A stretch of 64,000 bases of DNA, from the IMG/VR virus record IMGVR_UViG_3300046517_002304, positions 1 to 64,000 of that record. One strand, written 5' to 3'. Positions 1-9,855 of this stretch are shown in pieces; the first letter of the stretch is position 1, and the number at the start of each line of letters is the position of its first letter. The notes beneath the pieces are model-generated. The model was not told the origin of the DNA, made no database searches, and saw only the letters and a list, made by a program, of their open reading frames with translations. Made by a program: the position numbers and the translations under genes.

Positions 1-313
1 AAAAAAACGACTCATCTGATGGATACAGACATTCAATCTGATTTTCACGAAACAACCAATTGTACCTCGGGTCGTAAAGACATCCTAGCTTAACCGACGA
101 ATTAAAATACTTAAACTGCGCAGCAACATTGGCGCAACCACCCAACTTACAAACAGGAACATCATCTAATGAATGAAGAACCGGAAATGGGCCTTCTGGC
201 GAAATTCTATTTACGCTCACATTCAAATACTCGTCTACCATAGTATCGCCAAGGCAAATAACGTCTATCTTTTTTTGACGATTAAACTCTAAAAATTTGG
301 ATAAAACAGTCAT
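1..313 (-). CDS. hldE: HldE/RfaE domain I, heptose-7-phosphate kinase (PfkB family); runs off the window edge
   Basis: Not in the ORF track. Manual translation from ATG 313: MTVLSKFLEFNRQKKIDVICLGDTMVDEYLNVSVNRISPEGPFPVL...KLGGCANVAAQ, matching the HldE GDxMLDxY..RISPEAPVPV..GGAANVA signature. Confidence 0.85.
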   Translation of the reverse strand, partial: MTVLSKFLEFNRQKKIDVICLGDTMVDEYLNVSVNRISPEGPFPVLHSLDDVPVCKLGGCANVAAQFKYFNSSVKLGCLYDPRYNWLFRENQIECLYPSDESFF

Positions 314-373
314 ATTGAGCTAGTAATAAAGGAAATTGTGTGCTATAATGTAGTACCAAGCAAGGGAAAAATC

Positions 374-1648
374 ATGAACAACATAGAAATCAAAGATTAT
401 CTAAAAACTAAAATTCCATTTGACGATTCAGCAAAAACCATTGATTTCAAGAAATCACACGGTTCTTTCCTAGTAGATGCTGACGGCACTGAATACCTAG
501 ACCTATGTACATCTTTCGGCTCCGGATCTATCGGGTATAATCACCCCAAGCTACGCGAAAAAATGATGGAACATTCAGAAGTATTTATCAACAAAATTTC
601 CAATGCAGACCTTTACAGCTCTATACAGGCCAACTTTATAAAGAAGCTTTTTCAAATATTGCCGTCTGGATTTGAAAAATGTTTTTTAGTCGATAACGGA
701 ACTAACGCTGTTGATGCTGCACTCAAAACATGCTTTGACTTCTACGCCAAGAAACATAATATTAAAGAAGAAGATATTAATAATTTAAATATCATATCCT
801 TCCAAAACGGATTTCATGGCAGATGCGGCATTCCTATTAGTTTAACCTGCACCGATATAAATAAAACAAAACTATACCCTAAACATAAATTCACAAAAAT
901 AACCCCTCCTGGCGTTCACCACCCAATAGATGTCAGAAAAGTTGAACAACTAGAAGCAATAAGCTTAAACGAACTAGAAAACGCGCTATTTTCAGGTGGC
1001 ATTGTAGCGGTTATAATGGAGCCGCTACTCAGTGAAGGCGGAAATATCATACTTAGAAAAGAATATCTCCAAAAAGTCAGAGACATGACAGAGAGATATG
1101 GAACATTTTTAATCTTTGACGAAGTTCAAACATTCGCTATGACAGAAAAATTCTGGCTGTCAGAATATTACGGGGTTATACCAGACATCATATGTTTTGG
1201 TAAAAAGCTTCAAATTTCTGGATTTGCCGTCAATTCAAAAATTAATGAAGTACCAAATAACGTCTTCGTAGAAAAAAGTAGAATATCTAGCACCTTCTGC
1301 GGGTCAACGGCAGACATGCTAAGAGCTACATTTATATTAGAAATCATCCAAGAAGAAAATTTACTTGCCAATGCACAAAATCAAGGCGAATATATCGTCA
1401 ACAAAATAACCGAATTAAGCCAGAAATACAAGTCAATAACAAACATACGAGGGATTGGATTTCTAATTGGGTTTGACCTACCTACCGCCGATATGAGAGA
1501 TGCCCTTGCCAAGGAATTAAATAAACAGTTATTTATACTAACTTGCGGAAAACAATCAATACGATTAAGGCCGTTCCTAAACATGTCTAGAAATGAATGT
1601 AATACATTTCTCGGTGTTCTTGAATTTGCTCTTAACAATACTATCTAA
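374..1648 (+). CDS. lat: L-lysine 6-aminotransferase (class III PLP aminotransferase)
   Basis: FHGR, DEVQT and PDIICFGKK (PLP lysine) motifs; SRISSTFCGSTADMLRA resembles Lat. Start moved to ATG 374; TGcTATAAT extended -10 at 341-349. Confidence 0.8.
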   Translation: MNNIEIKDYLKTKIPFDDSAKTIDFKKSHGSFLVDADGTEYLDLCTSFGSGSIGYNHPKLREKMMEHSEVFINKISNADLYSSIQANFIKKLFQILPSGFEKCFLVDNGTNAVDAALKTCFDFYAKKHNIKEEDINNLNIISFQNGFHGRCGIPISLTCTDINKTKLYPKHKFTKITPPGVHHPIDVRKVEQLEAISLNELENALFSGGIVAVIMEPLLSEGGNIILRKEYLQKVRDMTERYGTFLIFDEVQTFAMTEKFWLSEYYGVIPDIICFGKKLQISGFAVNSKINEVPNNVFVEKSRISSTFCGSTADMLRATFILEIIQEENLLANAQNQGEYIVNKITELSQKYKSITNIRGIGFLIGFDLPTADMRDALAKELNKQLFILTCGKQSIRLRPFLNMSRNECNTFLGVLEFALNNTI

Positions 1649-1651
1649 AAA

Positions 1652-2533
1652 TTAGCAGTCATCATCAGGCGGTGGTGGGGCATCAGGGATATAGCCATCA
1701 TCATCAACTGGTGGCGGAACATTCCCATAATAATATCCTTCTTCTTCAGATGGATCTGCCTTCTCCATTACAGGGGAAGTTAGCAACAATATACTAAGCT
1801 CAGAAAAATCATCGTCACTATTAGACCAAACCCAATCTAAATTTCCACTAACATCTTTAGACATGTCTTTTAATAAGTCAATAGACATCATAAAAGCAAC
1901 ATGATCTAAAGGACGGCCACTTTTGTCAATCACAAAAGCCCGAATTCCAACTAAACCATAATCCAGCCAGCTACCAGATCCGCTATCTCCGGAAATAGTC
2001 GGCACATTAATTCTATGAAAAGTGCGTTCGGATAGCGATTTACTACGATAATTCACGCCGGTGACTTCTCCGGAGTTCAGCCTAGGAACGGCTGTTCCAT
2101 CACCTAATCCAAAACTAAAAACCTTAGTCCCGATATAAAGCTTTTCGCCAAAACTTATCGTTGCAGTGCATAGCTTTTTAGGGGTTACAAAAAATACAAG
2201 AGCCATATCAGTTTCAAAATCAGCATAATAAACCCGAGCCGCATATGTGCTAGCACTATCATATTCAGACCAGTTTTTATACTGATTAACGCCAACTTTA
2301 CAAGTTAAGTCTGTATCAACAACATGAGCACATGTTAGCGCTATATTATAATAAACATCGTCTACTTTATAACTTTTTAAAACCGTACCAGTTCCCATAT
2401 GACCCTCTGCTGTTGTTATTCTAACAGTGGGGTATAGACATTTTAAATGTAAATTAATATTAGGACTAGCAGAAAATATAGGAGAAACGAAAAAACTACA
2501 GGCAACAATGATGGTTAATGCAAGTCGGCTCAA
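1652..2533 (-). CDS. Secreted trypsin-like serine protease
   Basis: Signal peptide, TCAHVV, DMAL and GDSGSG triad motifs; acidic/Pro-rich tail; TTG start with AGGAG SD. Confidence 0.8.
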   Translation of the reverse strand: MSRLALTIIVACSFFVSPIFSASPNINLHLKCLYPTVRITTAEGHMGTGTVLKSYKVDDVYYNIALTCAHVVDTDLTCKVGVNQYKNWSEYDSASTYAARVYYADFETDMALVFFVTPKKLCTATISFGEKLYIGTKVFSFGLGDGTAVPRLNSGEVTGVNYRSKSLSERTFHRINVPTISGDSGSGSWLDYGLVGIRAFVIDKSGRPLDHVAFMMSIDLLKDMSKDVSGNLDWVWSNSDDDFSELSILLLTSPVMEKADPSEEEGYYYGNVPPPVDDDGYIPDAPPPPDDDC

Positions 2534-2588
2534 ATGATACTCCTAATGAAACGATAGAATAATATATCTAAGGTTGAATAAATATTAT

Positions 2589-3251
2589 ATGACAAACAAG
2601 TATTTAGTTATAATAATCATATTATTATTGGCCGTAATCATATTTAGACACAGCAGAACCACCATTGAAGTTGGCGTTCATCAGCCTAATACAAGCGAAA
2701 AAGTAAACCTAGATCCAGCAGTGCCGAAAGAAGACGTCGTAACCGAACCGACTCCAGCAGAAACTCCCAACACAGAAGTCAAAACAGACAGTCCCCCTAT
2801 GGTAATTGCTCCGGTGCCGGTGCCTGCCCCAATCCCAGTGCCCGACACAGTACCCCCACCAAAGAGTAACGATGTGGTTTTTGTGTATAGCATGACCGAT
2901 GCTATTAAAAAATCTAAAGAATTAAACAAAAAAATATTAGTATTCTTTCACGCTCCATGGTGCGGAGCATGCGAAACAATGAAAGACTATTTTCCAGGCT
3001 CTAAGCATCCTAATAAAGATGTAAAGACCGCCATGTTAGATTACGTTGTCTTTATGTGTAATACTGACGTTGACAGGGCAATGGCTAAAAAATATGGAAT
3101 TTACGGACTCCCAACCTATATTATCATTGATGAAAATGAAAATATCATCAAAAGCGGTGTCGGAGGACTACCAGCAAGACAATTTATTAGCTGGCTAAAC
3201 ATATCTAAATCAACAAAACCTAAAGCCAGATTTAATAACTCAAGACGATAG
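2589..3251 (+). CDS. Membrane-anchored thioredoxin-family protein
   Basis: N-terminal TM helix, Pro-rich linker, WCGAC active site, cis-Pro loop GLPT. Confidence 0.85.
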   Translation: MTNKYLVIIIILLLAVIIFRHSRTTIEVGVHQPNTSEKVNLDPAVPKEDVVTEPTPAETPNTEVKTDSPPMVIAPVPVPAPIPVPDTVPPPKSNDVVFVYSMTDAIKKSKELNKKILVFFHAPWCGACETMKDYFPGSKHPNKDVKTAMLDYVVFMCNTDVDRAMAKKYGIYGLPTYIIIDENENIIKSGVGGLPARQFISWLNISKSTKPKARFNNSRR

Positions 3252-3261
3252 AAAGAACAAA

Positions 3262-3630
3262 ATGACGAACATATTAGAAAAAGAAACACAAGCTGTAATT
3301 GCTGAATGGAATGCCATAAAGCCAACCGTTGCCGCTGGAGCCAAGGCGGCGTGGAAGTCAGTATCGGGATTTATGCTTAACGCCTTAGATGTGTTCGTTA
3401 TTGCAGTAGAACCTATGATACTGGCTGGCGGCGATAAAAAAGTTGCTGTTTTAACCGCTATTTCGTTAACATATGACTCTGTTGTTGCGCCTTTAATGCC
3501 TTTTTATCTAAAACCATTTAACTCCGCTATCAAGGCATTTATCATAATGACATTAGCGTCTTCTATGATTGATTTCGTAGTAAAGCAATATAATAAAATG
3601 GGTGGCGTACCTATGCAAGCTGCGAGCTAA
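3262..3630 (+). CDS. Small hydrophobic/membrane protein (holin-like size)
   Basis: 122 aa with several hydrophobic segments; function not recognised. Confidence 0.5.
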   Translation: MTNILEKETQAVIAEWNAIKPTVAAGAKAAWKSVSGFMLNALDVFVIAVEPMILAGGDKKVAVLTAISLTYDSVVAPLMPFYLKPFNSAIKAFIIMTLASSMIDFVVKQYNKMGGVPMQAAS

Positions 3631-3634
3631 TTTA

Positions 3635-4108
3635 ATGTTTAAAACATGGCTAGAAACAGTGCAATTAGAAAAACCTTTTGTATTTCTTGATCTTGATGAA
3701 ACACTAATTCACTGTTTGGATTATCCAGATGCAGAATCTATTATAGCAAGGCCGCATTTAGAGCAATTTTTAAAATCGGCCAACAAATTCGCTAACTTAT
3801 GTATTCTAACAAGAAGTCCCAAAAAATATGCAGATGCCATCATGCATAACTTAGGGCTATCTGAGTACTTTGCCCACATATTCAGTAGCAGGGACGATAA
3901 TGATATATGTAAAAAATTAAACTTAGACAAACAAAAATGGGTATTGGTGGACAATCGCTATGCCGATTTTCCCTACACCATTGAGAAGATGGGCCAACTT
4001 GGAAACAACGGCGAGTTGATCAAAATCAAATCATGGATAGGCGATAAAAATGATAATAGATTAATGAAAATTATACCCAAAATCAAAAAAACATTAAATA
4101 TCACATAA
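3635..4108 (+). CDS. NIF/FCP1-like HAD phosphatase
   Basis: LDLDETLIH, RPHLEQFL and LVDN motifs; N-terminus MFKTWLE. Confidence 0.8.
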   Translation: MFKTWLETVQLEKPFVFLDLDETLIHCLDYPDAESIIARPHLEQFLKSANKFANLCILTRSPKKYADAIMHNLGLSEYFAHIFSSRDDNDICKKLNLDKQKWVLVDNRYADFPYTIEKMGQLGNNGELIKIKSWIGDKNDNRLMKIIPKIKKTLNIT

Positions 4109-4142
4109 GATAACTTTCCGAGCCAGAAATAATAAATATAAT

Positions 4143-5084
4143 ATGGCAAAGAAAAAATACAAAAAAAATACATGCTTCCTACCAAAGTTCACCGTAGAAC
4201 CAGTGGTTAGTATGCTAGAAGCATCCCAACGCGCAGGATGGCAAATTACTAAATTTGACTTCCCTGACGTTTGGAAATATACAAGAGGCAAAGGTGTGGT
4301 CGTCGCCGTTATTGATAGCGGCTGCGATATGGATCATGAAGATTTAAAAGACAACCTTATCCCAGGCCCTAACTTCGTTATCCCTACATCCTTGCCAGAA
4401 GATGACTGTGGCCACGGTACGCATTGCGCCAGTTTGATCGCGGCCGAGAATAATGAAGTAGGTTTGATCGGACAATCCCCAGAAGCCAAAGTAATGGTAA
4501 TTAAAACATTGGACAGAAACGGGATAGGAAATTTACAGACTGTAGCCAAGGCTATCAGGTGGGCGGTAGACAGTAAGGCCGATATAATTTCTATGTCACT
4601 AGGATGTCCTAATGAAACTCCAGAAATATATAAAGCCGTAATGTATGCCTATAGCCAGAACGTACCTATATTCTGCGCATCTGGAAACTCTGGAAACCTA
4701 AACAATATATTCTGGCCCGCAAATTATAAAGAAACAATAAGCGTATCTGCTTATGATGAAAATATGCACAGAGCGCATTTTGCCAACGTATCTCCAAATA
4801 TTAACTTCTTTGCGCCAGGGACATCGTTATTCGGAGCATATCTAAATAATGATTATACGATTATGTCTGGAACAAGCATGGCCTGCCCGATAATGGCATC
4901 TGCCGCTGCTCTGATATTATCATATAAGAGAAACTATCAAACAGATATTAAATTAAATTCTGTTGAGGACTACCGAGATATTCTAAAACAATACTGCAAG
5001 CCTATTAGCGATAACTGCTCTCAGGGATTTGGGTTCTTTAATCCAGATGTATTTTTAGAGTGGATTAAGAAACAGCCGGTCTAA
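4143..5084 (+). CDS. Subtilisin-family S8 protease
   Basis: VAVIDSG, GHGTHCA and SGTSMACP catalytic motifs; no signal peptide. Confidence 0.92.
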   Translation: MAKKKYKKNTCFLPKFTVEPVVSMLEASQRAGWQITKFDFPDVWKYTRGKGVVVAVIDSGCDMDHEDLKDNLIPGPNFVIPTSLPEDDCGHGTHCASLIAAENNEVGLIGQSPEAKVMVIKTLDRNGIGNLQTVAKAIRWAVDSKADIISMSLGCPNETPEIYKAVMYAYSQNVPIFCASGNSGNLNNIFWPANYKETISVSAYDENMHRAHFANVSPNINFFAPGTSLFGAYLNNDYTIMSGTSMACPIMASAAALILSYKRNYQTDIKLNSVEDYRDILKQYCKPISDNCSQGFGFFNPDVFLEWIKKQPV

Positions 5085-5266
5085 TCACCTAATTTTGTTT
5101 TAGGATCAATTTTATCAATTTCTATTTTGTTCGCAAATTTTTTAGGCGAACAATACTTTTGAATATCCTCTTCAGTCAAACGGCCATGACGATCTGGCGT
5201 AAGAAATTTCTGCCAGTCATGTGGTCGCCACAACTTCAAATTTTTTATGTACTGTTCTGATGCCAT
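5081..5266 (-). CDS. Hypothetical protein
   Basis: 61 aa ORF, TAATG-coupled to upstream gene. Confidence 0.55.
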   Translation of the reverse strand: MASEQYIKNLKLWRPHDWQKFLTPDRHGRLTEEDIQKYCSPKKFANKIEIDKIDPKTKLGD

Positions 5267-5772
5267 TAGTCTATTTTTACTTTCTTTGCAATCAATTCTT
5301 CCTTTAATTTTTTAAACTCGGCAACCTTTTTTTTAGTCCGCTCCTTATCATACCAAGCCTCATATAAAGACATGATTTCTTTAAAGATTTCTTTTTCTTT
5401 GCTAATGGCGGCTATTCTCTTATTATGAGCAGACAATTCCTGCTTATATTTAACATTAACCTTTGGCTGATTACACTTGAGCATAATAGAGCAACAATCA
5501 TCTTCGGGATACTCTACTGCAACAGCGTAACTTAAGATATCTTTACACTCACAGTTTTCATGAATATACTTTGAGATATCATTCATGGATATCTCATTTC
5601 CTACATAAAATGTATGAATATATCGGTAATTATTAAACACTTCAACTGGCGGAAGTGGCTGGCCCCATGGAATACTTAAATACGGAGATTTATCTGGACG
5701 AAAATTAATATACGAATATCGTTTGCGTAATTTTTCAGGCACATAAGAAGGAAATTTAATTTTATCAAACAT
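5266..5772 (-). CDS. Hypothetical protein, paralog of 5789..6271
   Basis: MFDKIKFPSYVPEKLRKRYSYINF vs MFKKFDVSNLPEHLKKDYKFINF; shared EKxIF and C-terminal FxKLKxxLxAK. Confidence 0.7.
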   Translation of the reverse strand: MFDKIKFPSYVPEKLRKRYSYINFRPDKSPYLSIPWGQPLPPVEVFNNYRYIHTFYVGNEISMNDISKYIHENCECKDILSYAVAVEYPEDDCCSIMLKCNQPKVNVKYKQELSAHNKRIAAISKEKEIFKEIMSLYEAWYDKERTKKKVAEFKKLKEELIAKKVKID

Positions 5773-5788
5773 TTTTACTCTCCACCAA

Positions 5789-6271
5789 TCAATCAATTAA
5801 CTGTTTTGCCTTTAATTTGTTTTTTAATTTATTAAACTGGGCAATCTCTGATTTGGTCTGTTCTTCTTCTACAAAGTTATTATAAGCCGCAAGCACTGCC
5901 GGAAATATCTTTTTCTCTTCCTCATATATCTCGCTATCCTTCTGATACTTCTTGAGCAGAGTTTGATACTGTGGACTTTTCACATTCTTAATGTACATTA
6001 AATTAATTTCGGTTCCGTTCAATTCATCATAATTAGAATTTAGGGCATAATGGCTAATATCCTTATCATCACGATTATTATTAATATACTCAATAATGCT
6101 TGTGATGTATACTTCTCCACTATAAAACGAATAAACGCTTTCAAGTTTTACATAAGACTCATTAGGAGGAGTAGGATTCACCATAGATGGACTGCTAAAT
6201 GAAAAATTAATAAACTTATAATCTTTTTTCAAATGCTCGGGCAAATTACTAACATCAAACTTCTTAAACAT
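5789..6271 (-). CDS. Hypothetical protein, paralog of 5266..5772
   Basis: Tandem paralogy as above. Confidence 0.7.
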   Translation of the reverse strand: MFKKFDVSNLPEHLKKDYKFINFSFSSPSMVNPTPPNESYVKLESVYSFYSGEVYITSIIEYINNNRDDKDISHYALNSNYDELNGTEINLMYIKNVKSPQYQTLLKKYQKDSEIYEEEKKIFPAVLAAYNNFVEEEQTKSEIAQFNKLKNKLKAKQLID

Positions 6272-6731
6272 TTTTCATTCTCCTAATTTCATCTCTTATT
6301 TTTGCTGCTTCTTCGTATCTTTCTTCTAAGACAGCAGCTTTCATTTTTTGTTCTAGTAATAGAATCGTCTTCTTATTATCTTTCTTTAATGGACGACGAC
6401 CCACATGAATAGTTTTTTTACAATGCTTCTGCAAAAATGGCATAATAAAATCACTAAACGCTTCATAGCACTTCGGGCACCCCAACCTACCATTTTTAGT
6501 AAAATTAAATAAAGTCATCCCACAAACGCACTCTGATCCTGGTTTCTCACTTTCTACCGGCGGCAGCTCAAACCCAACTGCATCTATTAGTTTAAAAAGC
6601 TCATCTTTCAAGCCATATTTTACGGCGCAATCACGACAAGCCGAAACTGAAGTTTTTTTGCCATCAATAATTTTAACTACAGAAAGTATTCTCGGCTTAT
6701 CGCAAGGCTCATCGGTGAATGGGCAATTCAT
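6264..6731 (-). CDS. mcsA: McsA-like activator (Zn-binding CxxC motifs plus UVR domain)
   Basis: CRDC, CVCGMT..F.K.GRLGCPKCYEAF, HVGRRP and C-terminal AVLEERYEEAAKIRDEI. Confidence 0.88.
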   Translation of the reverse strand: MNCPFTDEPCDKPRILSVVKIIDGKKTSVSACRDCAVKYGLKDELFKLIDAVGFELPPVESEKPGSECVCGMTLFNFTKNGRLGCPKCYEAFSDFIMPFLQKHCKKTIHVGRRPLKKDNKKTILLLEQKMKAAVLEERYEEAAKIRDEIRRMKNV

Positions 6732-7303
6732 TCTTTTTCCTTCGGCTTTTCATCCTGTGGAATCAATCGAAGCTTCTGGTAAACTTTAATCATTTGTTTT
6801 CTGTAAACAACACACTCTTTCTTATCCTCTTCTAAAAGAAACGCTATATTGCCTGCGATAACCTTATCTAAAAATGCAATATGCTTGCTAGCGAAATCTT
6901 TACTCAAGCTTAAATATCGTGCTGACAAATCAACAAATTCTGCACTCAAATCTCCACCATCTACTGACTGTAACTTGCTGGCCATCTGTAAATGTATTTG
7001 ATACTGCTTATATGACAACCCATAATACTTCTCAAATACCTTAAGGATATAAGCAATTTTTTCGTAATCGTCCATATCTGAAAATTTATGTTTTTTGTCA
7101 GCAGATTGATAATTCTTATAGGTATCAAAATTATCAATACCCCCCAGTACTTCGGTCATTTCTTTCAATGTAGTCTCACTAAGCTTAATAACTTTATCAA
7201 GCGCTGCTGCTTGATCGGGGGTCGGCGTAGGAGAGGCGACCAAGTAATTGGAGCTAGCAATAGAAACCACAAACAACAGAGTCATCATCATCATTTTTCG
7301 CAT
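6728..7303 (-). CDS. Secreted helical hypothetical protein
   Basis: Signal-peptide-like N-terminus; SD AGGAG upstream. Confidence 0.65.
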   Translation of the reverse strand: MRKMMMMTLLFVVSIASSNYLVASPTPTPDQAAALDKVIKLSETTLKEMTEVLGGIDNFDTYKNYQSADKKHKFSDMDDYEKIAYILKVFEKYYGLSYKQYQIHLQMASKLQSVDGGDLSAEFVDLSARYLSLSKDFASKHIAFLDKVIAGNIAFLLEEDKKECVVYRKQMIKVYQKLRLIPQDEKPKEKE

Positions 7304-8129
7304 CTCTTATCTCCTGTAAGGTTAAAACTTTGGGAAGAACATCATTAGATATTTTACTAATCTCAATTTTCTGAATACTTCTTAAAGAAGTCCGCGGTTC
7401 ACTGTTACTTTTTACTTGCTTAACCGGACAACCAGTAAAAAAATGAACCTTTTTTAACTTTTCCTGCTCTTCTATAATGTTTTTATCTAAGAAGGCATGT
7501 TGGTACGCCTCTTGCCAATAATCGTACTCATAGTCTTTAAGAATAAAATCCCCGAATCCCTGATTGGTGAAAAAGTCCTTAACTAACATGCAATCAATTC
7601 CACACTTATTGGCAATATCATAGGCAAAAGATATTATCACAGACAAAGTAAATCCTATGTCTGCTTTATTCCTGCGTGACAACTCCATAACATAATCACG
7701 CATACCACTATACGGACTATGCCAAACAAAACAATCTGATACTGCCGCCTTTTCAGCATCCCTAGAATAAAGATCAAACAAATCTCCGATATTATCAAAT
7801 CGGTATTCTGCTAATCCACTAAATTGCGGATCAAAATTGAACGTCATCCAAGCTAGCGCACATCTATGGATGCTGCCAAGACAGCAAGACTGCTTTCTAT
7901 CTACCTGATTTTCAATCTGCCGAAATTTTCTAATAATAAAATCACAAAAATCAAGTTCCGTAATTCTATGCCGGAGCTGAACCGGCAAGTTGAGATAATT
8001 TTTATCCAATTTTGCAAAGTACGAATGCAGAGCATCCAATTTACAGGCTACAATGCCAGGAAGAAGACACTTCCACTGGCCCATTAAAGCGCCATCATAT
8101 TTAATGTCGCTGATAAATCGTGCGCTCAT
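7254..8129 (-). CDS. Hypothetical protein
   Basis: 291 aa ORF in a co-oriented run. Confidence 0.65.
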   Translation of the reverse strand: MSARFISDIKYDGALMGQWKCLLPGIVACKLDALHSYFAKLDKNYLNLPVQLRHRITELDFCDFIIRKFRQIENQVDRKQSCCLGSIHRCALAWMTFNFDPQFSGLAEYRFDNIGDLFDLYSRDAEKAAVSDCFVWHSPYSGMRDYVMELSRRNKADIGFTLSVIISFAYDIANKCGIDCMLVKDFFTNQGFGDFILKDYEYDYWQEAYQHAFLDKNIIEEQEKLKKVHFFTGCPVKQVKSNSEPRTSLRSIQKIEISKISNDVLPKVLTLQEIRDAKNDDDDSVVCGFYC

Positions 8130-8134
8130 TATTT

Positions 8135-8935
8135 TTACGGAAACACGGTGCCTTGGATTTGTAAAGTGGCCGAATCAGACGGCAGGGCCGCAGATCCCGC
8201 AGGTGTGACTCTTTTTAGCCAAAGAGGAAATCCTTCTTCGGCCCTCAATGTTGCTATTGTAATAGATCCGCTGGTAAATACAACCCCAGTTGGGGTAGTT
8301 GCGACATTTCCAGTGCTCTGAGCAATATCATTTCTTGGACCACCTTCTGTTATCGTGCTCATAGTTGGATTGGGTACAGATGGGGTCAAAGCATTCGTAT
8401 CTACCACCAAAAGATTTTGATTTCTATTGCCGTCATCACCGGTAAATGTTATTGTGTAATTAGAGCCACTTGAATGAGCACAAGAAACCTGTGACAAACC
8501 AGCGGTTCCATTCAACCCAGCCTGCAAATTTACGGCAAAAACTGACGGCGTATTGTCCCAGTTGATCTGGGGAGATAAAGCGTTTTCGTATTTTAGCACT
8601 AAATTTCCACCTGTTGGCGACCCATTTATCGCAATTCGCTGAACCTCATTTCTTGCTAAAACTCCAATAGTAATAGTAGAACCGCCAGCAATCTGGGATT
8701 GCAAAGAAACAGAAACATTGTAGAATACATCCGTTGAATTGTTATTAAATACGTAAATACAGCGATAGTCAGTATACCCGCTTTGAGCCTGTGCGGCAGT
8801 CACATTAGTGAACAAGTTATTCAGCGTTGTTCCGACTGCATGCGAACTAGGTTGCCCACCAAAAGAAAGAGCCGGATTAGTATTGCTTGAACCCCCTGAA
8901 AGCACTATGCTAATATCCGAAGCCATAATCGTCAT
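8135..8935 (-). CDS. Probable virion structural protein
   Basis: S/T/G/N-rich beta-type composition, NNLFxNVT..DYRCIYVFN and FPLWLKR; TAAATA box upstream. Confidence 0.6.
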   Translation of the reverse strand: MTIMASDISIVLSGGSSNTNPALSFGGQPSSHAVGTTLNNLFTNVTAAQAQSGYTDYRCIYVFNNNSTDVFYNVSVSLQSQIAGGSTITIGVLARNEVQRIAINGSPTGGNLVLKYENALSPQINWDNTPSVFAVNLQAGLNGTAGLSQVSCAHSSGSNYTITFTGDDGNRNQNLLVVDTNALTPSVPNPTMSTITEGGPRNDIAQSTGNVATTPTGVVFTSGSITIATLRAEEGFPLWLKRVTPAGSAALPSDSATLQIQGTVFP

Positions 8936-8961
8936 ACCTTATTTACCCTGAGAGGTTGAAA

Positions 8962-9855
8962 ATGCCAGACGAAGAAACAAAGGAACTCAAAATTACGTGG
9001 CAGCCTCGTAAAGGCGGGAAGCCATCCCAGATTTACACCACAGGGCTTGAATACTGCTTTATCAACAGCGAAAATCAACAGTGCCATGAATTTGTTTACT
9101 GCAAAGACTTCCTACATGACGCGGTTCATGCTTTTTTGTACGAAAAAGTCGCGGACATTTATGACTTCGTTTACGACCCCAAGAGCATGCCTCCCCTCAT
9201 GCTTTCTAGGACAAAAATTGCGCTAAGCAATGCGTCCGACAAAAATTTTGTCAGTAAAATGGATAATATGGTTGACTTCATCAACCAATGTGAGGTAAAA
9301 TTAAAACTCAAGAAGTCTAGGGGAATCCTTTGTAGTAACCCGCCAAAACAATATAAAAACGGTATTATAGTTTTAAGAGGTTCAGCTAAGTGGATAGAAG
9401 CGCCTCCAATGCTATCTTTATATACTCTTCTTATTAGAATAGGGTTTATCCATAAAAAGGGCGATAGTTATACCCAGACTATGGACGCTTTAATCAATGG
9501 ATCGGTTAAACCATATCAAAAAAATGATACCAGCTACCTCTCAAGCGCCAAGAAAAGTGTTGACAGGATTCTTGAAGAAGGGTATAGAAAAATATTCTAC
9601 AGCGATATCAAGCGAAATTATCCAAAAAATGTAGACATTGGAACGCTACACAACAGCTTCGGTATTGTCGGGTTCACTAGCAAATCTCCCAAACAATGGG
9701 TTCCAGGCTGGTGGAAATCTAAGAAAAAGAAAATCACTACCGCTGAAGCTGCGGCAGCTAACCCAGACGATTATTATATTGATTGCGAAATGGGACTGAC
9801 CAAAAAAGAAACCGCCAAACCGGAAACCATTAAAACAGAGGTGGCAAATGCCTAA
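8962..9855 (+). CDS. Hypothetical protein coupled to the COOH-NH2 ligase
   Basis: Overlaps the start of the downstream ligase; CKDFLHD motif. Confidence 0.65.
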   Translation: MPDEETKELKITWQPRKGGKPSQIYTTGLEYCFINSENQQCHEFVYCKDFLHDAVHAFLYEKVADIYDFVYDPKSMPPLMLSRTKIALSNASDKNFVSKMDNMVDFINQCEVKLKLKKSRGILCSNPPKQYKNGIIVLRGSAKWIEAPPMLSLYTLLIRIGFIHKKGDSYTQTMDALINGSVKPYQKNDTSYLSSAKKSVDRILEEGYRKIFYSDIKRNYPKNVDIGTLHNSFGIVGFTSKSPKQWVPGWWKSKKKKITTAEAAAANPDDYYIDCEMGLTKKETAKPETIKTEVANA

